NCBI RefSeq assembly: GCF_001194135.2
Contig: NC_068983.1
Coordinates: 113,392,684-113,435,538 of the forward strand
From: Octopus bimaculoides
Lineage: Eukaryota
Direction: 5' to 3'
Length of the DNA: 42,855 bases
A program made the translations under genes and the position numbers. Under the pieces are notes generated by a model. The model was not told the DNA's origin and did not search any database. It saw only the letters and a program-made list of their open reading frames with translations. Positions 36,977 through 42,855 of this stretch are shown here, piece by piece (position 1 is the first letter of the stretch; the number at the start of each line of letters is the position of its first letter).

Positions 36977-38029
36977 GTTCAGAAAGTTTCTCCGCACTGA
37001 ATTTTTTCATCATGCGCATGTGCGCAACTTGGCTATCACTGCGTGGGCGGCCAGCTGTCAACCGTTGTCCCTCAGTCATTGTATACCCTTCAGCGTGTCG
37101 ACATGCTAACCATTGAAGACGTTTTTAGTTGACTGGATGTTTCGAGCTGGAAACAAATACACAGAAACTGTGAAACAGAAGTTCAGTGAAACTTATCCAA
37201 ATCGTGACACTATGCGGTACTTGATAAGAAAATTTAGAAACACAGTCTCAATGGAAAACGCAGCAAGAAGTGGTAGGCCTACTATTCTTTCAGACGAAAC
37301 ACTCTCCAATATTTCAGATAAAAAGTTGGTAAGCCCGCCAAAGTCCTCATGCAAATTGTCACAGAAAACGGAAATCAGTCTAAGAGCTCACACGGCAGTA
37401 AAAAAGAAATTAAATTTCTTTCCATACAAAGTGCTGGCCATTCAAGAATTGAAGACTACGTATCATGGTAAAAGACTTCATTTTTACATTTGGTTCCAAA
37501 ACTTTGTCGCCGAAAAAAGCATAGAAGTGGTGGATGGGTGTTTTTACACCGATGAGGTATGGTTTTATCTGTCTTGACACATAAATTCGCAAAACACAAG
37601 GTAATGGAGCACTGAGAATCCACACGCGATGCATAAGCAACCTCTGTATCCCGAAAAAACAATTTCGAGAAAGCGTATTGTGGGACCGATATTTTCTGAA
37701 GACACCATCAATACCGCCAGACTTGTTTGTCTGGAGAGCAAGTAAAGGATCAGTGTACAAGAATCGCCTGAAAACCATTAATGAGCTAAAAAGACGCAAT
37801 CATAACTTTCACACGGTCCATACCGCGTCAAACTCACCAAGATGTATATCAAAACATGTGCAGAAGGGTAAATTTATGTACTGAAAATAAAGGACGACAC
37901 TTTCAACATCTCTTATAAAGCTTTTTAAAGGCTTGTAGAGTCTAATATATTTTTGTAGTCTTATAACATCTTATAAATATTTATTTTGCAATAAAATACT
38001 TACTACGAAGAGACTTTTTGAACACCCTG
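36971..38029 (+). mobile_element. rosa/DD41D-like Tc1/mariner element, internally deleted, both TIRs
   Basis: TIRs TA|TAGGGTGTTCAGAAAGTTTCT and (reverse complement) TA|CAGGGTGTTCAAAAAGTCTCT. ORF 37113-37577 has a DUF4817-like HTH (KFRNTVSMENAARSGRP), PYKV..IQEL and FYTDEVWFYLS*HINSQNTR*WS.ENPH, then TPPDLFVWR after a deletion. The subfamily call is from motif recall. Confidence 0.88.
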
Positions 38030-38101
38030 TAAATATATANNNNNNNNNNNNNNNNNNNNNNNNNNNNNNNNNNNNNNNNNNNNNNNNNNNNNNNNNNNNN
38101 N

Positions 38102-38881
38102 ATTCATTAAAATACAGAGATGCCTATAATAGGACATCTAACCCGCTAGAAAGAGCAGCAAAAAACTCTATACCACAAAAATAGGGATAATTTCGAAAGA
38201 GAATGAAAAATAAAAACTTTTACCAGTCTATACTCTGTACCATGGTTTCAAGTTATTTAGCAAGATAAAAATATACCTTGCTCGTTACCTTGCGGGTTAG
38301 ATGTCCTATTATAGGCATCTCTGTATTTTAATGAATAATATATATATAGTCTATTGACTAATTTTTATTCTCGCTGGACCACTAGTGGTAAATTAAATTT
38401 CTAAAATTTTTTTTGCTGCCCTATGATTTATTAATGATAATATATTTTTGGCTAATTTCTGAAAGAAAATCGGCATTTGTTTTATATTTACTGCCGATAA
38501 GTTAAAGCGCACATGCGCGGTAAATTTTGAAAAATTAAGCATGTAAACACGGGTCGAGTCTTCCTATGACTCGGTACTCTGCTGAAGATAGTTGCCGAGC
38601 AAGGTATATTTTTATCTTGCTAAATAACTTGAAACCATGCTACAGAGTATAGACTGGTAAAAGTTTTTATTTTTCATTCTCTTTCGAAATTATCCCTATT
38701 TTTGTGGTATAGAGTTTTTTGCTGCTCTTTCTAGCGGGTTAGATGTCCTATTATAGACATCTCTGTATTTTAATGAATAATATATATATAGTCTATTGAC
38801 TAATTTTTATTCTCGCTGGACCACTGGTGGTAAATTATATTTCTAAAATTTTTTTTGCTGACCTATGATTTATTAATGATA
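38102..38881 (+). mobile_element. Non-coding hammerhead-bearing retroelement (Penelope pseudo-LTR / retrozyme-like) with inverted and direct partial copies
   Basis: 38102-38284 is the reverse complement of 38596-38778, and 38292-38439 is a direct repeat of 38734-38881 (period 442 bp, about 4 substitutions). Contains the hammerhead at 38574-38650; no ORF. Confidence 0.75.
38574..38650 (+). ncRNA. Type I minimal hammerhead ribozyme
   Basis: Stem I GTACTCTG (38574-81) pairs with CAGAGTAT (38643-50), 8 bp with one G.U. Core CTGAAGA 38582-88. Stem II: AGTTG/TAACT plus AGCAAGGTA/TATCTTGCT. GAAA 38631-34, then C-CATG-CTA. The inverted copy (38249-38230) reads GAAAC-CATG-GTA-CAGAGTAT, restoring the C-G pair, the GUA triplet and the palindrome ACCATGGT. 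Confidence 0.8.
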
Positions 38882-38887
38882 TATATA

Positions 38888-38923
<36 letters not shown>

Positions 38924-38944
38924 TATATATATATATATATGATA

Positions 38945-39105
38945 GACGACGGGTTTTTTTTCCAATTTCCATCTACCAAACCCACTCAAGGCTTTGGTTG
39001 GCCCGAGGCTGTAGCAGAAAACACTTGCACAAGATGTTACGCAGTGGGACTGAACACGGAACCATGTGGTTGAGAAGCAAGCTTCTTACCACATAGTCCT
39101 GCCTG
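38945..39105 (-). mobile_element. SINE family A head
   Basis: Homologous to 2302-2468. Confidence 0.9.
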
Positions 39106-39479
39106 CACACATACACACATATGTATGCACATAACTTAATTTATCGTATGCGCTTCGCTTCCTATTGAGCGGAGGCCATCGAAGGCTTTCTCCCTTGTAC
39201 TCGACTTTGGTATGTTTCCCTAAAAGAGACTTTCCTTTGTCAATGTTTGTTAGCTTTGAATTGTTATCAATGCCTCTATAACTTTTTTGTCTTCGAGTTC
39301 GGTGTTTTGACCCTATACAAACATAGTTTTAGCTCTGGTCTCTTTTTTTTCCCATCATTCTAGCATAAGGGGCCCTACCAACTGTTTGCCTTCCTCTGGC
39401 GTAGCTCTGAAGCCACTACACATGAACTGGATCTTGCTGTGGTTATACGCACTCACACACATACACACACACACACATA

Positions 39480-39597
39480 TTCTTTTATTCTTTTACTTGT
39501 TTCAGTCATTTAACTGCGGCCATGCTAGAGCACTGGCTTCATGGGCCTTAGTCGAAAAAATCGACTTATTTTTTAAGCCTAGTGCTAATTCCGTCGA
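39480..39597 (-). mobile_element. SINE family A, 3' end fragment
   Basis: TCTTTTATTCTTTTACTTGTTTCAGTCATTTAACTGCGGCCATGCTAGAGCAC...AAGCCTAGT; homologous to 36755-36870. Confidence 0.85.
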
Positions 39598-39599
39598 CC

Positions 39600-40630
39600 A
39601 TATGCGAAGAGTCACTGCAAAACTATGGACATCCATTTCGCCATTATATAAGAGAGACCTGAGAAAGACACCTGGATCACTGCGTTATCATTTGGAAGGA
39701 GACCATTGATAAACTTTTGGAATTCAAATTAGTACTAAATAATATAAACCCTAACATTCAATTCACAATGGAATATAACTAAGAACTCCCTTATTTGGAT
39801 ATTATAAAAAAATTCAACAACCAAATTATAACTGACATTTATCTCGTTTGGTTCGTGTCACTCGAAACACATCAAAAGAAACATCCCCTTTAATTTAGCA
39901 AAAAGGATTTGCACAATAGTGTCTGATAGCAATACTCGGGACCTTTGTCTTCAAGACCTCAGAATGACACTAAATGAAGGAAAATATCCACCTTGGTCAT
40001 AAACGATGTAATTAAGCGTGCTAAGAAATTAAACGTTAAAACATTAAGGGCAACAAAAGATAACAACACACCTCATCTCAAAACACTACTGTATATATCA
40101 ACTCACAACCCTAGAAAAAATTTGGCATTCAAACTATTGTACAAAATTTACCTTTGCTCACCAGAGATCCAAAAGTGAACAACGTTCTGAAAACAAATTC
40201 ATCAAATGCAAAAAGCAACACAAATCGCTAAAAAGACTTCTAACAAATGCGGAGATTAACACAACAACCACAAAATCAACGGCTAAAAATGTGGGCGACC
40301 AAACTGTGGAACATGCCCCAACCTACTGAAAGGCTCGAAATCCCTATTCAAACATAGGGAGAGGCTCACAATTAAAACCAACTTCACTTGTGCTTCTAAG
40401 ACTCTAAGTTATGTTATAACTTGCTCAGGTTGTGGACATAACTATATAGGATAGACAGGTATGAGACTGAGACGGAGAACTACATAAGGAACAGATTTGG
40501 TTCCCACAATACAGACAGATTCCTTTGAGTGAACACAGAGATGTGCAGTTAATATCCAACCAAAACTCACAGTTTCCCCATCTACCTGTGCAAAGAAACA
40601 ATTTCTACACAAGAACGTTTAAATAAAGTA
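39600..40630 (+). mobile_element. Penelope-like element (Neptune-type), RT C-terminus to GIY-YIG, decayed
   Basis: + strand: RHLDHCVIIW (YLDD motif), LNNINPNIQFTMEY..ELPYLDI, SCHSKHIKRNIPFNLAKRICTIVS (thumb), CGRPNCGTC linker, YVITCSGCGHNYIG*TG..LRRR (GIY-YIG). Confidence 0.92.
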
Positions 40631-41298
40631 AATACATACATATATATATATATATATANNNNNNNNNNNNNNNNNNNNNNNNNNNNNNNNNNNNNNNNNN
40701 NNNNNNNNNNNNNNNNNNNNNNNNNNNNNNNNNNNNNNNNNNNNNNNNNNNNNNNNNNNNNNNNNNNNNNNNNNNNNNNNNNNNNNNNNNNNNNNNNNNN
40801 NNNNNNNNNNNNNNNNNNNNNNNNNNNNNNNNNNNNNNNNNNNNNNNNNNNNNNNNNNNNNNNNNNNNNNNNNNNNNNNNNNNNNNNNNNNNNNNNNNNN
40901 NNNNNNNNNNNNNNNNNNNNNNNNNNNNNNNNNNNNNNNNNNNNNNNNNNNNNNNNNNNNNNNNNNNNNNNNNNNNNNNNNNNNNNNNNNNNNNNNNNNN
41001 NNNNNNNNNNNNNNNNNNNNNNNNNNNNNNNNNNNNNNNNNNNNNNNNNNNNNNNNNNNNNNNNNNNNNNNNNNNNNNNNNNNNNNNNNNNNNNNNNNNN
41101 NNNNNNNNNNNNNNNNNNNNNNNNNNNNNNNNNNNNNNNNNNNNNNNNNNNNNNNNNNNNNNNNNNNNNNNNNNNNNNNNNNNNNNNNNNNNNNNNNNNN
41201 NNNNNNNNNNNNNNNNNNNNNNNNNNNNNNNNNNNNNNNNNNNNNNNNNNNNNNNNNNNNNNNNNNNNNNNNNNNNNNNNNNNNNNNNNNNNNNNNNN

Positions 41299-41342
<44 letters not shown>

Positions 41343-41654
41343 TATATTCCTCCATATTAATCTAGGGAGATGAAAGTTTTCTATAATAAACCTATGAAAT
41401 ATTCCTATGATTGTCGCCCGTATTCTATATTAAACTCTCTTTCCTTTTAAACTTTTCATAACGGCCAAAGATTTAGTCACAAGGTTTTCTCTCTTTATTT
41501 TATTTTCAATTAAAATTAGATTAACCTTCCTTTCAAAGATCTATAGCAACCATCTGATTAATCAGAACACTGTCCCATTCTTACATAGCTACTGTGTCGA
41601 AACTCATTCTTACATTCAATATTGGATTTTATTTATTTATTCATTTATTTATTA

Positions 41655-41680
41655 TCAACATTATTATCATTATTGTTATT

Positions 41681-41723
<43 letters not shown>

Positions 41724-41727
41724 TAGT

Positions 41728-41765
<38 letters not shown>

Positions 41766-41782
41766 TTACTACGACTACTACT
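41655..41782. repeat. Compound (ATT)/(GTT)/(ACT) microsatellite
   Basis: Directly visible. Confidence 0.95.
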
Positions 41783-42447
41783 AGGTTATATTCTGTATAT
41801 TTAGCTGATATCTAACATTAGCTCAGTCATGTCTCTTGTGTTTTGACTTCCTCCTACGTAATTATAAAACTGATCTTTTTTGCATTTCTCATGTAAAGTA
41901 AGCGTTGATGGTACATATTATAAAATTAATTATAAAAAGATAATCACATATCATATCAACTACTGAAACTAGGCTAGAGTTGACTGCAGACATGACGTGG
42001 GTGATTCATTAACAACATCAATGGCTGCAATAATCGCAACTAAAACAGAAAGCACCGAATGAAGGCGCCTCTACTCAGTTATCTGAGCTGCTAAAAAAGG
42101 CAAACAAATCCCTCTCAAATCACACTTCACGTATATAAAAGAAAGGGCGTGTTGGATGTAATACTAATTACATTGCATCTGATTCACAAATATAGATGGG
42201 GTGGTATCGGTCGGAACGCCATCTATCAAAGAAGTGCTTGATGAGAAACGACCTGGCGATAGACAGAAGTGACAACTGAAACACTGTATGAATTCTATAA
42301 AAATGTTGTTCTCTCAATATTTAGTGATAGCTTCAATTACTGATATCGAATAATATAAAATGGCACAGTTTTCTATGTTTCTTCCTAACGCATACAAAAT
42401 CTTTAAGGTAAAGAAAGATGATGTCTCTTCTTTTAATAATGGCATAC

Positions 42448-42448
<1 letters not shown>

Positions 42449-42517
<69 letters not shown>
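42449..42517. repeat. (GATA)n microsatellite
   Basis: Directly visible. Confidence 0.98.
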
Positions 42518-42519
42518 GT

Positions 42520-42780
42520 ATGCTTCTTTATTGGCCACGCAGGACTAAACACATAGGAGATAAAATACAAAGTACAGCTTCTCTTTTTAGGAAGAGAAGA
42601 AGGAATAAAAGAAGGGAGGTAGAAATTCGATCCAAAGGGATCGTAAAAAAAAAAGGCCGATCAATAGAGATCGTGTATCACAAATGTCATAGTGTAAAAA
42701 GGGGAAACAGATTAGGTTTATCCGTGGAAAGAAAAGCCTACGGAAAAGACCACGGTAACTTCGGGCAATAATGTCATGGA
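42520..42780 (-). mobile_element. Probable LINE 3' UTR-type dispersed repeat attached to the (GATA)n tail
   Basis: The reverse complement ends in ...GGCCAATAAAGAAGCATAC plus (TATC)n, i.e. an AATAAA then simple-repeat tail as in retroposon 3' ends. The family assignment is from recall only. Confidence 0.4.
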
Positions 42781-42835
42781 AAAACAAGAAGAGTTACAGT
42801 AAGTAACTCTCATTTTTCTTCTTTTTTGTTCATAG

Positions 42836-42855
42836 GATTATGCTCAAGGTGGCTT
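42836..42855 (+). CDS. Possible start of an exon running off the window
   Basis: Strong acceptor CTCTCATTTTTCTTCTTTTTTGTTCATAG|GATTATGCTCAAGGTGGCTT; all three frames are open over the 20 nt (phase 0: DYAQGG). Confidence 0.35.

Overview
Eukaryotic, AT-rich, draft-assembly DNA: many N gaps, nearly all bordered by (AT)n/(CA)n/(GA)n microsatellites. The SINE and LINE families resemble those I recall from Octopus genomes, so a coleoid cephalopod is inferred (not database-checked). No intact protein-coding gene, rRNA, true tRNA or CRISPR array is supported. The window is mostly decayed mobile DNA: three tRNA-derived SINE families; six internally deleted Tc1/mariner elements (mariner, maT-like, rosa-like, and a 372-bp MITE-like derivative); LINE relics (L2, L1/Tx1 endonuclease, RTE, possible CR1, and an R4/Dong-like element with a restriction-like endonuclease); and three Penelope-like relics. 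A few splice-site-bounded open frames (20026-20089, 32127-32288, 42836-end) and a CpG-rich island (about 4.1-4.9 kb) hint that much of the window is intron of a + strand gene I cannot identify. The best signal is a type I minimal hammerhead ribozyme (38574-38650, +) inside a non-coding 442-bp unit arranged as inverted plus direct partial copies (38102-38881). This is the architecture of a Penelope pseudo-LTR or non-LTR retrozyme. The inverted half-copy keeps the canonical GUA cleavage triplet and a palindromic stem III, while the complete copy has one G>C change there. A second, unrelated hammerhead-like fold lies at 20692-20771 (-). Coordinates of decayed repeats are approximate; terminal inverted repeat (TIR), direct/inverted repeat and ribozyme coordinates were counted by hand.
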